Of a stretch of 64,000 bases of DNA, positions 44,360-61,656 are shown piece by piece (position 1 is the stretch's first letter; each line of letters begins with the position of its first letter). This DNA is from the human T2T-CHM13v2.0 reference genome, Homo sapiens. Below the pieces are notes generated by a model. The model was not told where the DNA came from, searched no databases, and worked only from the letters and a program-made list of their open reading frames with translations. The translations under genes and the position numbers were made by a program. The DNA lies in NCBI GenBank assembly GCA_009914755.4, contig CP086569.2, positions 23,552,001-23,616,000 on the forward strand, written 5' to 3'.

Positions 44360-44683
44360 TTTTTTGTTTTTCTTTTTTCTTTTTTCTTTTTTTTTTTTTT
44401 TTTGACAGTGTCTCGCTTTGTTATGCAGGCTGAAATGCAGTGGAGCAAAAAACAGGCTCACTGCAGCCTGGACCTCATGGGCTCAAACCATCTTCCTGCC
44501 TCAGCCCCCAAGGATCTGGGACTACACTGATAGACTATTACATCCAACAATGTTTTGTCTATTTTATACAGACAAGATTTCTTCATGTTGCCCAGGCTGG
44601 TCTCAAACTCCTGAGTTGAAGCGATATTCCCATCTCAGCCACCCAAAATGCTGGGATTGAAGACCTAAGCCATCACACCTACC
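44360..44683 (-). mobile_element. Alu, old/diverged (AluJ-like), minus orientation
   Basis: T-rich run then gacagtgtctcgctttgttatgcaggctgaaatgcagtggagcaaaaaacaggctcactgcagcctggacctcatgggctcaaacc ... aaaatgctgggattgaagacctaagccatcacacctacc. Confidence 0.8.
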
Positions 44684-45191
44684 TGGACAGACACTGTTTC
44701 TCGTGCTGCTGCTGTCAAGATACACAAGACTAGGGAGTTGTATCCTTTCATTTAATCCTTACAATCCTACATTATAGGTGAATGAAAACACAACTTCATA
44801 ACATAAATAACTCACTTGAGAATCAAAGTTGGTAACTTCTCCCTTTAAAATTATTTGGAAACTAACCCTATAAAAATTATGATCTTATCAAAATTTTCTC
44901 ATAAAAATACATCCTCCTTACAGATTAGTCCATTAATTTTAAGAACTGTGGACTGTAAAACACTGGATCTTAATCTATTTCATTTCTTTAGGTTGTATGA
45001 TCAGGAAAATTAATTGGTTTACTTATTTGGGTCCAAATCTTTTCATTTTTATCATTAGATGATATCTTAAACCTTTACACAATTGCCTATCAGAAATTTT
45101 ATGATGTTGTTTTATGTTTTACACATTTCAGTTTCCAAAAACCATGAGGTTTAAAGCATTCCTATTCGTATCTTCACTTAAATCTGATAGT

Positions 45192-45477
45192 GTGAGCCTG
45201 ATGGCTCATACATGTAATCCTAGCACTTTGGGAGGCAGAGGCAGGTGAATGAGGATTTTAAGACCAGACTGGCCAACATGGAGAAATGCTGTCTGTACTA
45301 AAAAAAAAAAAAAAAAAAAAATAGCCAGCTGTGGTGGCACACACCTGTAAACCCAGTTACTCGGGATGCTGAGGCAGGAAAACAGCTCGAACCCAGAAGG
45401 TAGTGGTCACAGTGAGCCAAGATCCAGCCACTGCACCCCAGTTTGGGCAACAAAGCTAGACTCTGTCTAAAAAAAAA
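45192..45477 (+). mobile_element. Alu (plus orientation) with internal A(23) linker
   Basis: gtgagcctgatggctcatacatgtaatcctagcactttgggaggcagaggcaggtgaatgaggatttt ... (a)23 ... tagccagctgtggtggcacacacctgtaaacccagttactcgggatgctgaggcagg ... gactctgtctaaaaaaaaa. Confidence 0.85.
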
Positions 45478-46349
45478 TCTGATAAAATCCCAAGCCTTCT
45501 AGATAATTTCTGTTTGTAAGAACTTATTGCTAAACCATTACTTACAACAACCATTGTCAAATATTATAGGAGATAATTAACATGAGTACCTCCCACATAA
45601 AAACACTTATTTTCCACTATTTAAACTAGGAACACTTAATTTCATTAAGCTATGTATTTAGGAAACATAGCTGGTTCAGATTTTATTTAGTTGGAAAACA
45701 ATGTTTTCATCACCATTATCCCCCATCAGTGACAGAAAGGCTTCAAGAAGAAGGTTCTGGATGTCTTAAACTTTAGTACCAACCATATCTAATTATTTCC
45801 TTTTATCTACATGATTCCTCTGAATGATAAACATTTTATGGTGAGGCAGAGAGTTTCATAGTCTTTCTGAATACTTCTCAAGCTTTTAAAGCTTGTAAGT
45901 GTTTAAGAGAAACACAGCCTAATTAGAAAATGTGGGCACCTTGCAAGGGAGACGTAATTTATGCCTACTTTTGCATGTATTTATATTCAAAGCTGCAAAA
46001 AAATTTTTCAACAGAAACCACACCATTTAATATCCCATTTAATTTGCTGTTAAGCACGTGTAGCCATAAAATCAGGCATTACACATTACATGTATAATTT
46101 TATTCTGAAAATTTTAATACAGCCATATCATCTAAAGAGAGAGTTTTCAAATAGCATTAACAATTATGAAATTACTTTGAAAAAACAATTCCTTTTCATC
46201 TTAAATACCTCAGAAAATTCATGGAGGAAGTTAGGATCTACCTCTCCCCCAAAATCAACATTTTGTTTTAGTGGTACTCACGAACTGATACAGAAATAAC
46301 ATTTTAATTTTTGATTTGCAAGCAAGGTTTGGTAAGCAATAACTATTAT

Positions 46350-46491
46350 CTTTCTTTTTTTTATTTTTACTTTGTGAGACAGGTTTGCTTTGTTGCCCAG
46401 GCTAGAGTGCAGTGACAAGATCTGGGCTCACTGCAACCTCTGCCTTCTGGGTTCAAGCAATTCTCCTGCCTCGGCCTCCTGAGTACCACGG
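46350..46491 (-). mobile_element. Alu fragment (3' half, minus orientation), abutting the 3' end of the RBMY-like last exon
   Basis: tttttactttgtgagacaggtttgctttgttgcccaggctagagtgcagtgacaagatctgggctcactgcaacctctgccttctgggttcaagcaattctcctgcctcggcctcctgagtaccacgg. Confidence 0.85.
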
Positions 46492-46527
46492 TAACTATTA
46501 TTTTTAATATCTCCTTTAATATCTGCT

Positions 46528-46817
46528 TCAGCCTCCTTTTTCACCTTGTTTTCCCTCACCACTTGCTGTAGATGCCCCATAACTTGAGCTACTGTATCCT
46601 TCACCAGCAGCAGGGTGCACCCTATCCACAGAAGGTAGATTCCTTCATTCCTTTCTGCCACCGCGCTCATGACCACAGGAATATAAATCACCACTGCTTC
46701 ATGAGTAACTCTCCTGACTTCTGCCATATATATCTCATGTACTGTTATAATCATAGTGACTACTTCCACCATAACTCATCCAAGGCTCTCATGCAGGTTG
46801 TTCACCAGGAGAGGTCC
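46528..46817 (-). pseudogene. RBMY-like last coding exon with premature stops
   Basis: Minus strand: ccttgcag|GGACCTCTCCTGGTGAACAACCTGCATGAGAGCCTTGGATGAGTTATGGTGGAAGTAGTCACTATGATTATAACAGTACATGAGATATATATGGCAGAAGTCAGGAGAGTTACTCATGAAGC.. gives GTSPGEQPA*EPWMSYGGSSHYDYNST*DIYGRSQESYS*SSGDLYSCGHERGGRKE..RNLPSVDRVHPAAGEGYSSSSYGASTASGEGKQGEKGG*. Compare RBMY [99 protein letters not shown]. Two R to stop changes are CGA to TGA. Confidence 0.75.
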
Positions 46818-47230
46818 CTGCAAGGTTGATAAAATATAGAACTTATAATGAACTACATTTAAACATTTTTAATGGTATCACTAATGCATGTATCAGTTAA
46901 AGTACTATTTGGAAAAATCTGCTTTCCTCTGTCTTCATTGACAGCATATTAATTATGTCTGAAATAGTCAAAAGGTTGCATTTAAAAGAATATAAGAATA
47001 GTATTTTGAAGCATAAGAAAGTTTATTTTAAAGTGAACGTTAAGTCACATTTTCTGAAAATGAACTGAAGTTCTCACCTACATGTTCACCACGCATTATA
47101 CTGTTAACAATTCTCAGTGTTTAAACATGTTATATTTTTCCTTTATGATTTTCCTTAAAATTGTATTAAAACAATAATCTGGTGTATTAAATATAATACT
47201 ATAATTTACAAATCAAACCCTGACACTTAC

Positions 47231-47319
47231 CATAACTCTGATATGCATTTCTGTAAGAACTTCCACTGGGATGTACTAAAGGATCTCTACCACGGCCCCC
47301 ACCACAGCCATCACAGTCA
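47231..47319 (-). pseudogene. RBMY-like penultimate exon, after an about 80-nt intron
   Basis: Minus strand: ttttttaaatttag|TGACTGTGATGGCTGTGGTGGGGGCCGTGGTAGAGATCCTTTAGTACATCCCAGTGGAAGTTCTTACAGAAATGCATATCAGAGTTATG|gtaagtgtcag gives (S)DCDGCGGGRGRDPLVHPSGSSYRNAYQSYG. Compare RBMY [31 protein letters not shown]. Confidence 0.75.
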
Positions 47320-47400
47320 CTAAATTTAAAAAAGGTTTGCTAACGTCAGCAGGAACAACTTAAGAAATCCCTTTGACAAAATCAGAAAATATTATAGTAC

Positions 47401-47514
47401 CTATATGCTCTAGAGGATTGTTCATTCCAACTAGAATGACCGTAATCATGGTATCCATAATCTCTAGATGGTGGAGCATAATCCCTGGTGTCCCGGGAAC
47501 TTGTATGAATTCTG
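47401..47514 (-). pseudogene. RBMY-like SRGY-box exon (single copy)
   Basis: Minus strand: ..tatgcaag|CAGAATTCATACAAGTTCCCGGGACACCAGGGATTATGCTCCACCATCTAGAGATTATGGATACCATGATTACGGTCATTCTAGTTGGAATGAACAATCCTCTAGAGCATATAG|gtacta gives [38 protein letters not shown]. Compare RBMY ..[33 protein letters not shown]. Confidence 0.75.
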
Positions 47515-47689
47515 CTTGCATAAGTTAAAGCAACAAATTTTAAATTATCAACTTCTAGTATCCAAAACATAAATAACTTACAACTTGAACAAAATGAAGG
47601 GCCAAATACTTGAATACATATTTCTCCAACTAAAATATGCAAATGCTCAAAAAGCACATGGAACAAATAATCATAATTAGTTATTCAGA

Positions 47690-48095
47690 AATTGCATTTC
47701 AAAACCAAAATGAGATACTATACTGCACACATACTGGAATGGAAATGATTTTTAAAAAGCAGGAAATATCAAGTGTTTGAGAAGATGTAGATAATTTGGA
47801 ACCCTCATACAAATGCTAGTTGGAATGGAAAATGGTGCAGCTACTATGGAGAAATGGGGTGGTTCCTCAAGAAAATAAATACAATTATCATAGGACCAAG
47901 CAATTCCACTCACTCATATATACCAAGAATTGAATAAGTGTATGCAAACAAATATGTGTATATAGAAATACTGTGGTGGAAACAACCCAAACAAAATAAT
48001 GGGTTAGCAGGTTGTGTAAGGAGAGAAGTGCTGCAATGTAAATGAACATTCAGAGCATCATGCAAACGAAAGGAGACAGTTATAAAAAGTCTTGT
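47690..48095 (+). mobile_element. Ancient LINE-1 (L1M-like) ORF2 C-terminal/3' fragment inside the RBMY-like intron, split by an Alu
   Basis: Plus-strand translation gives L1 ORF2-tail-like peptides (..MVQLLWRNGVVPQENKYNYHRTKQFHSLIYTKN..QTKGDSYKK) with stops. Diverged. Confidence 0.4.
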
Positions 48096-48097
48096 AG

Positions 48098-48370
<273 letters not shown>

Positions 48371-48435
<65 letters not shown>

Positions 48436-48436
48436 T
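48371..48436. repeat. (AT)n microsatellite, about 30 repeats
   Basis: atatatat... run following the Alu tail. Confidence 0.95.
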
Positions 48437-48612
48437 CTCCAGCTAAGTAACATCACTGTGTCTTAAATGGCTAAGTTTTAGTTGTTTATAAATATTTCCT
48501 AAATATGATAATCTTACAAATTTACATTTGTCTAAACTAATACAATTTAGTATTTATGTACCAAAGTAGTGCAATACAAACAATAAAAGTTGGTTTAGAA
48601 AACCCAGAAAAT

Positions 48613-48890
48613 GGCTGGGTGCAGTGGCTCATGCCTGTAATCACAGCACTTTGGGAGTCTGAGGTGGGCGGATCACGAAGTTAAGAGATCAAGACCATCC
48701 TGGGCAACATGGTGAAACCCCATCTCTACTAAAAATACAAAAATTCACTGGGCCTCTTGGCACACAACTGTAGTCCCAGCTACACGGGAAGCTAAAGCAG
48801 GAGAATCACTTGGCTGGGAGCCAGAGGTTGCAGTGAGCTGAGATCGTGCCACTGCATTCCAGCCTGGCAACTGAAGAAAATCTAAAAAAT
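48613..48890 (+). mobile_element. Alu (plus orientation)
   Basis: ggctgggtgcagtggctcatgcctgtaatcacagcactttgggagtctgaggtgggcggatcacgaagttaagagatcaagaccatcctgggc ... gtgccactgcattccagcctggcaactgaagaaaatctaaaaaa. Confidence 0.9.
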
Positions 48891-50266
48891 AACACAAGAA
48901 TCATTTTATATTGGTGTGAGAGAAAGATGTGGGATAAATGCAGGGTGAAGAGAGAGCAAAAATCTATCAGTTAAATATATAAATATAATCTAGATAAAGA
49001 AAAATAGGAGAAAAATAATATATTACTGTTCATATAATTATGGTATGAAGAAAGCCTCTTCAAAACGTATCATAAGGGTACAACAAATTCCATTCAAAAA
49101 AGCTAAAATATTTACAAAATCAAAAAATGACACCTCAGAAAAATACATTATCTGTAAAATTTGTATCAGAAATACAATCCTTACAAATCCATTATGAAAT
49201 ATTAAATTTTAGCTTAGGCTATGCTCAATTTTAATAATCTTTAAGAATTTAATATTAAATAATAAAAGATATTTTCATATAGCTACAAAAAATGTAGATA
49301 TATTCTAATGCCCTCGTGGTGTCACAGGTAAGAAAATGCATATTCTCATACATGGCAGAGTAGTATTAATCTTCACCCTCAAGATCAATTGAGAAAAAAA
49401 ATACCATGAAGCTATGTACCTTAAAATGGAGCAAACACTGCAATTTCAACTTGAGAAAACATATCCAGTGAATTACACATCTGGTTATTAAAACTCAGAT
49501 GTTAGGTTTTTGAAGGTTGGTTAATAGATAATACAATTGAACCAATTTTTTAAAATACATGGATTTTTTTAAGTAAAAATTGACCCCTCATTCCTATTGA
49601 GTAAATCATTCATAAATACCATTTTCAGTGTCTCATCTTCCAGCAAAGAAACCACTGCTTCATATTTGTGAAGCAGTGGTTTTTAGATTTTCCTGAGTCA
49701 CAGACTCTTTTGAGAAACTGAAGTTATAGATTTCTTAAATGCAAAATGCTTTATGGCAGGCCAATGTGCAAATTACGTATATCAAAATGGCAAAGGAATA
49801 TATTTGTATAGATATTTCCATGTGTATACATAAATAACAAATATTATAAGATCAATCCTAAAATAATGAGTTACTTATTTCCTGTTGGAAGGTTTTCAAG
49901 ATTCCATCTTATTTTGATAATACATTTTATACAAAGTTCTGGCTCCCAAAATAAGAAACTCTATAGCATAATGAATGTAAACGAGTTCTGCAGAAAACCT
50001 GTTGAGTACAGAAAATCAACATTAATAAACTCAATTTGGTTTTAAATGCGTGTTATTTCAATGCAAAGTAATTAAGATTTTAAAATAAAATTTTCATATT
50101 ATTTCTATCTTTCTTATAATTTATCTTTAGTACTTACAAATAATTTTGCTCATTATCAGTAAGTTCATTTTCTGTACATAAAGTAAATAAAATTGAGAAA
50201 TTTTGATATCTTCAAACTTATTGTCTTTCAGTCCTACGGTTCCATCTTTATATTTTAAAACATTAC

Positions 50267-50443
50267 CCAGTTGTCCTTCACATGAGGGACACAACCCTCT
50301 TGTCCTCTACTACCTCCTCTTGCAGATCTCAGACTTCCTGAAGGGCTCCTGTTTCTCCAGGAAGGTGGTGATCTCCACCTACCATCACTTTGAAAAGATG
50401 TTTTCTTGACTTGTTCTACTTTTATTGCTTTTCCATCCAAAGA
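50267..50443 (-). pseudogene. RBMY-like exon 3 (KAIKVEQ...[15 protein letters not shown])
   Basis: Minus strand: tctttggatggaaaagcaataaaagtagaacaagtcaagaaaacatcttttcaaagtgatggtaggtggagatcaccaccttcctggagaaacaggagcccttcaggaagtctgagatctgcaagaggaggtagtagaggacaagagggttgtgtccctcatgtgaaggacaactg|gtaatg. The acceptor dinucleotide is GG (ttttgg|TCTTTG), not AG. The donor GTAATG is intact. Confidence 0.8.
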
Positions 50444-52831
50444 CCAAAAGTATTAACTGTCCTATCAATAACACTGTCACATTTAACCAAACACATTTTA
50501 CAAACATTTTTGCATCCACTATATTTCAGTTCTAGATGTTTTCTCCCAAAGCAAATATATTTTTTTTCTGAAATGATGATGTCTTTCACAGTGCCAAATT
50601 TGAGATGTTTACTGACCACATACCTTCCATTAAGGGATCAAACACAAATTCTGTTATTCAAATTCCTTGAAAAGTTTTCCAGTATTAAAAACATCATCTC
50701 AAAAAAAATTAGCCCATCACCCATCTATGGGATAATGTAGCACATCTCTTTTTTCCAATGTATGATCTACTTCATCTTTGTAGTCACATCACTTATTTAA
50801 TTGTTTCAGTGTCCCAAGGGTATATGTAATAATGTGTCATCTAATAAAAAGATTATTTATTCCAAGTGATTAGCCATATTATTCATTCTGAATTGTTTCT
50901 TGTTTGTTCTGCTAATACTTACATAAAATGTCCCAATATGATTTACAATTCTATATTTAGTCTAGTTCTGTTTCTGTAACTGTGATCCTTCCTTGGTCTC
51001 ATTCAGATTTTTTGCCTTACTCATTTATTATCTTGCCTTAGAAGAGTCCCTAATAAATGACTCTTAATATAGTACTTCATGTTATTTCTCAGAAATGCTT
51101 AAATGTTCTAATTAATTTCATAATAACTTTCTTCAGTTTAATCTTTTCTATAGGCTAAGGTAATTTTTGAAAAAAAATGTCAGCAAAAATTGTATTTAAA
51201 AATGGCATTGCTTTGTTTTTGGGGGAAGATCTTAAATCCTTTCCAAGACCTCTTGCAGTTACATAGGCAGTCGTTTCAACCTTGGGACTTCTTTTGTTAT
51301 TTCTGGGCCCAAAATATGTTCCCCAGATTTGCACATGACTGCTTCCTTCCCAGTATTCGGAAGTCAACCAAACTTTCTTAAACTGTTCATTCCCCCTGAA
51401 ACCTCTAAGTACTTCCTTTATTTCCATTCTTAACTTTTGTGTGCATATTACATTTATATTTGTTCTTACACAATAAGATATGTTAGATGAAGTAATTTAG
51501 AATTTCTACAGAAATCATCTGTTCTTGTGCTTGAAAACTTTGAGGAAAAAGAAATTATTACTATACATCAGTCAAAATTATTTCCATACCTAACACCAAA
51601 CCATGAGCAACTTTCAGTTTCTACCCAAATTTAAAATATGAAAGTATAAAGGTGAATAAAAATGTACTTTCTTCGATGAACCAGGAAGTGTGCTAGATGT
51701 ACCAGAAATAAAAGCAACTAGGAAAACTTAAATATGCACTAAAGACAATTATCAACAGATTAATACATGGTACAGTGAGGACAAAATACCCACAATATAA
51801 AATAAAGAAGAAAATGTAAAATCTAAGCTGTCTTTGAAGCATAAGTTGCTATTTGTGAGACATATGCCAGGAAGAATAACTCTTAAGAAGTCCGAAAAAG
51901 CATATTGGTGAAAGCATGAAGAGTAACGGGAACTAAAAAGAGACTGAGATGATGTTATAAAACAAAACAGCTCCAACGTACCCAGAATGCAATGATTTTG
52001 ATGGTAATACAAAGGAATTCAGTAGGTAATAGAATTATAAAAAGGTTTACAGCTGTAATAAACACACAATCCCTAGAATTTAAGATTCAGTAAGACAGAG
52101 ACAATTGGTTGGATCAAAATAAGTCCTCAAACACACTGGTAAAATGAGTCATTAGGTATTCATGTTACATAAATCACTCTGGTGACAGGATAAAAATGAT
52201 TTTAGGAGAAAAAGAGCAAGGATGGGGCAGAAATGCCAGTTAGTAGTTCTGTTACCCAACTTCAATGTACTCATATTATTTTCTACTTTCAAGTACTTAA
52301 CATTTCCTTAAATGTAAAGGTCTTGTTTAAATACACTTGCTTAAGAATGTACTTTCAGAAAATGAGAAAGAATCTTTCCTTCTTGTGAGTCGGTCTAGAT
52401 GTCTCTCTGTATAAGATTTCCATCTTGTAAGTCCGTCTACCTGTCTATCCATAGTTTGTCTATGCTATAGAAGTATTTCCATGAATTGGAAGTAATTCCA
52501 TTAATAGAATTTAATAAATGCTGATTTATTTATCTCACTTTTGTGAGGGTTCCTTCTAAGTTTTAAAGCTGCTTGAAAGCTTTGAAAATCTATTTATACT
52601 TGTATTTAAATACTAACATACAAATAAGATTACCATATATTGATTTATGTAACATTTATTCCAATATCCTTCCAACTACCGTTGCACTTAGATGACCAAA
52701 AGAAGAGGATGGCTAAAGCATTTCAGATCATATGACATTATGCTATCTTCAAAAGTTTAGTAATATGAAAAAGACCTTGAAATTCTGTTAAGTGAGGAAC
52801 AGTTAGGATATTATTAATAAGGGACTCTTAC

Positions 52832-52933
52832 GTTTCCCTTCATATCTTTGACAGCATTCTTAGCATCTGCAGGTTTTCAAAATAAGTACAAAGCATCTGA
52901 AGTTGCTGGTTTCCCAATCATTTATCAAAAGAA
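52832..52933 (-). pseudogene. RBMY-like exon 2 (RRM RNP-1 region) with a 1-bp frameshift deletion
   Basis: Minus strand: ttttag|TTCTTTTGATAAATGATTGGGAAACCAGCAACTTCAGATGCTTTGTACTTATTTTGAAAACCTGCAGATGCTAAGAATGCTGTCAAAGATATGAAGGGAAAC|gtaaga. Compared with RBMY ...TTTGAAAACCCAGCAGATGCTAAGAATGCTGCCAAAGATATGAATGGAAAG, one base is missing in AACC-CAGCAG, and there are additional substitutions. Confidence 0.7.
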
Positions 52934-53225
52934 CTAAAATATATGAAAACATTTTACATTTATATAATGGACTCACCATAGTACTAACAAACCAAAAAAA
53001 TTGCATTTCACATCATTACTATGATTTTTAATACTAAGTCACCTCTGTATTCAGCCTATTTTATTCCAATTTGCTCCCTACCTCCACAACATATGTACTT
53101 TTGCTCAGTTTCCTTTCTCAGTAGTAGGTAACCTTTACCAAAGAACCTTCGCCTGCTGCCATAAGAATTTTCCCAGTATCGAAAAGAAACTTGAAAATAA
53201 CACTTTAAAACAAATATATATTTTA

Positions 53226-53501
<276 letters not shown>

Positions 53502-53822
53502 CTAGATAACAATAAATAAGCCAAAAGATAAAATTTTATTACATACTGTGTTGAAAACTCTAGGGAAATTCCCTTACGGAGGCTGACATCTTTCTACTAT
53601 TTCTTAATTTAAGTAGTTAAAATTTGTAACATGCAGAGCGAAAGGGGCAGTGACTTCATGGACAAATGCTGCATTTTAATACGTACCTGACAAAAACTTG
53701 TTTGTAAAAATGAGATGAGAAAAGCTATTGTAATTTTCTTAAGCTGTAATACGCAGAATGCCCCATTTAAATAATTCTATTTGAAAACTATATATTTATA
53801 CAGTACAATGTGATGTTTTGTG

Positions 53823-54106
53823 TTTTTTTTTTCTTGAGATGTCAATTTCCTATTGCCAATGTGCACTGCTCACTGCAGCCTCCTCTACCGAGCCTCAAGT
53901 GATCCTCCCACGTTTCAGCTTCCCAAATAGCTAGGACTACAGGAGATCACTATCACAGCTTGTAGGCATTTTTTTTGTGTGTTTCTTTAACAGACACGGT
54001 TTCCCCATGGTACCCAAGCTGGTCTCGAACTCCTGGGCTCAAGCGATCTTCTGGCCTGGTGCCACCAAGGTGATGAGACTTGAAGGGTGAATGTCCACGC
54101 CCAGCT
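53823..54106 (-). mobile_element. Old/diverged Alu-family element (AluJ/FRAM-like), minus orientation
   Basis: ttttttttttcttgagatgtcaatttcc...tgcactgctcactgcagcctcctctaccgagcctcaagtgatcctcccacgtttcagcttcccaaatagctaggactacagg ... ggtttccccatggtacccaagctggtctcgaactcctgggctcaagcgatcttctggcc...cacgcccagc. Confidence 0.7.
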
Positions 54107-54199
54107 TGATATTTTAATAAATGATTAAATCAAGTTAAATAAAATACATGCTTTCTTCGGGGAGAATATTTTAAATTGTTTGCAATATTTTAGTGATTT

Positions 54200-54700
54200 G
54201 AAATATACAATAGATCAGGGATCCCCAAACCCTGGTCTCCAACCGGTATCTGTCTGTGGCCTGTTAGGAACCTGGCTGCAGAACAGGTGGTGAACCTCTG
54301 GCACTGCCTGAGCCCCGCCTCCTGTCAGATCAGCGAAGACATTGGGTTCTCACAGGAGTAAGAGCCCTACTGTGAACTGCGCATACGAGGATCTAGGTGG
54401 CGCTCTCCCTAGAAGATTGTAATGCCTGAGTGTGACCTGAGGTGGAACAGTTTCATCCAGAATCCATCCTCCCTATTCCCCGCTGGCCTGCCCTGTCCCC
54501 CTCGCAGCCCCGCTGTCCCACCACTGCCCCCCGTCACACTGCTCTGGCCTGAAACCCCTTCCTACACTGTACTCCTCCTGGAACGGCCGCCCCCAACCTC
54601 CCCAAGGTGTCCACCTCACCACCTTCTCCCCCTGCTCTCCTCTTGTCTGTGGAAAAATGCCTTCCACTAAACCTGTCCCTGGTGCCAAAATGGCAATAAA
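54200..54700. mobile_element. hAT-type non-autonomous DNA transposon copy (MER30-like; name from memory) with an about 170-bp C-rich internal expansion
   Basis: gatccccaaaccctggtctccaaccggtatctgtctgtggcctgttaggaacc..gcctcctgtcagatcagcg..attgggttctcacaggag..ctactgtgaactgcgcatacgaggatctaggt..gtaatgcctgagtgtgacctgaggtggaacagtttcatcc ... cttccactaaacctgtccctggtgccaaaatgg matches the remembered consensus (CAGGGGTCCCCAACC...GGTTCCTAACAGGCC...CCTCCTGTCAGATCAGC...GATGATCTGAGGTGGAACAGTTTCATCC...CTTCCACGAAACCGGTCCCTGGTGCCAAAAAGG). The extra block 54490-54650 is proline-codon-rich and C-rich. Confidence 0.45.
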
Positions 54701-54721
54701 TTAAAGGAGCTCATTATATTA

Positions 54722-54815
54722 TGCAGGATGGTCTCCAACTCGTGATTCCAAGCCATCCTCACACCTCCTCTTCCCAAAATAGTAGGATTACAAGAGTAAG
54801 TCAGTGTGCCAAGTT
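54722..54815 (-). mobile_element. Alu left-monomer fragment (minus orientation)
   Basis: caggatggtctccaactcgtgattccaagccatcctcacacctcctcttcccaaaatagtaggattacaagagtaagtcagtgtgcc, the reverse complement of Alu GGCTCACGCCTGTAATCC...GAGACCATCCTG. Confidence 0.75.
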
Positions 54816-56928
54816 AGTAGAATAACTTAAACGCATTTATTTTTTCTCCGTTTTAGGATATCACCATTTATCTCGATTACACCCACTTATTCGGTTTAAA
54901 TTACTTACGGTGCCAGAGATAAATGAAACATGTTTCAAATACTGTCATACAATGAAGGAGACAAAGGCTTTTCGGAGACAAATTTAAACTGAGATTATTT
55001 GTGGCCCCAGATTTCCTCATAACACTAAAGTAACGCAATTTGTCAAAAGTTCATAATTCCTCTCAAGCAAATCACAAATTTGACATGTGATGAGTAAAAG
55101 TACCAGTTTTTAATCAAATGGTTAAGTATATTGTCGATTTATTTGAATTATGACCACATTCACAGAGAAAAAACGCTTTAACAAAAAGTGCACATGAAAA
55201 AAATGGCGCCCTAGCTCCGTCTCCCACAGCTTGCTGGCATGTCGGAAATTTACGACGGTAAAGGGAAGAATCCTCAAGAAAAATCAGTGAGTTTAACAAA
55301 AGTGAGTTTCTTAATAGCACTAAGGAGTTCTCTCCCTACTGTTTCTTCCCATAATTCAACACCCACACATTGAAAACCCATCCTCCTGAATAGACAAAAT
55401 CCAAAAACTTCAGGGTCTTTGTATTCATGCCAAGAAACGAATCTGTGCAAAGAAACATAAAATAAAGCTGCTTTTTGGTAGCACAAACTGATATCCAACA
55501 CTTTCAGATATACAGTTGTACTCATAAACATAAGTCCACACCCAATAACAATTATAACATTTCTTAACATTTGCCAAAAAAAAAGCCTGAGAGAAATGGT
55601 CTTTACCACATTTCATCTATTTGCAGGAGATGACTTAGACATTAACTCTTTCTCCTGAGATAAAAACATGTCCACTCTGCTTAAATTTATGAATTTTTTA
55701 CCTCATTTTCCTGATTTTCTGAGAACACCCGTACGCGACCCCCTGTCACCAGGGGCTGAAGGAACAGTAGAGGCTAGAGGCATACCCAGCTAAAAAGCTT
55801 AGAAACTCGGATGTACCACCCGCCGCGAGAGCCGCAGAGGAAGCAGGGAAAGAGGAGCATAACATAAATCAAAGGAAGGGTGGCCCAAGAAACTTCTGTA
55901 TTTAAAAAAAATAAGGAAAGAAAATTAAAATGCCAAAATACGTTATACATTGTTTTCATTTTTTACTGTCTTCAACTGTGGTAGTCTGATCAACCTTAAA
56001 AGAAGTATTTTTATTATGAAATAGTCATCCATGTTTCATCCCCCTCTCAAATATTAGCAATAAGCTCACTCTACATGGTGTCTGCTTATTTTGTAAAATA
56101 ATGCATAAAGGGGAAAAATAATAATTAAATTTAAAGAAGTTTACAAGAAGCAAGCAATAATGAGTAAAATAACATTAAAAGAAAGCGAGAAAAATAAATC
56201 AATTAGGAATGTAAAGTTTCCAAATCTTAATCTTGTATCTTCTCTTTTTGGTTGTCATATATATTTGGAGACCTTATTTTATTTGCTTAGTAGATAAATG
56301 CAGTGATTTGACCCAAACTACCAAAATTAAAAATATATATATACACACATAGGCAATTTCTCTGTCCTCAATTTGTGTATAATAAATAGCATTCTTCATT
56401 AACAGAGCTCTAGTAAAATAAATATTTTATTTATGTTCCTGAAAAAAATATTTTATTAGCTGAACGACTGTATTTTCCATGGTAAAATTATTTCATTCTA
56501 TGAATTGTGTTGCAAAATAAAAGGTAACTTAAGAAAATACTTTTAAATATCTATGCAATGCAAACCAAACTTATTTTTCTGAGTTTGTCTATAAATTGTG
56601 CGTACCAGAATTTAAAAGAACATTTCTTTAAAAAGTGCTTACTTATAAGCCACATTTTAAGTGCTTTATATTAATTTAACAAATTAAAACCTATACATTG
56701 TATACTCACACTTATGAACTACTTAGTTCACAAAGTATACCATAACAATATAGAGCTGACTGTGTCTGCATAAATATTTTAATTTATCTTTTCAATATTT
56801 TCTTTTCTGATGAATAACCTAACAGTAAAAGCATGCTCTGAAGGTAAAGATATTCTTACATGTTTACGTATATTTTAGAAAAATGTTTCTTAAATTATGG
56901 CTACAAATCTATTGGCATTATTAGTTTC

Positions 56929-61656
<4,728 letters not shown>

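Noticed and set aside
46428-46829. Antiparallel overlapping ORFs (114 aa minus, 85 aa plus) suggesting an overlapping gene pair
   Set aside because: The minus ORF is an alternate frame over the RBMY-like last exon plus Alu-derived codons (..[16 protein letters not shown]). The true homologous frame contains stops. The plus ORF has no support. Both are coincidental open frames.
55180-55880. CpG-containing patches (..ccgtacgcgaccccc.., ..cccgccgcgagagccgcag..) as a possible promoter or CpG island
   Set aside because: It has only a handful of CpGs in an otherwise AT-rich region. It is far from and on the wrong side of any supported exon. The RBMY-like exon 1 at 53456 has an AT-rich, CpG-free upstream region, consistent with a dead promoter.
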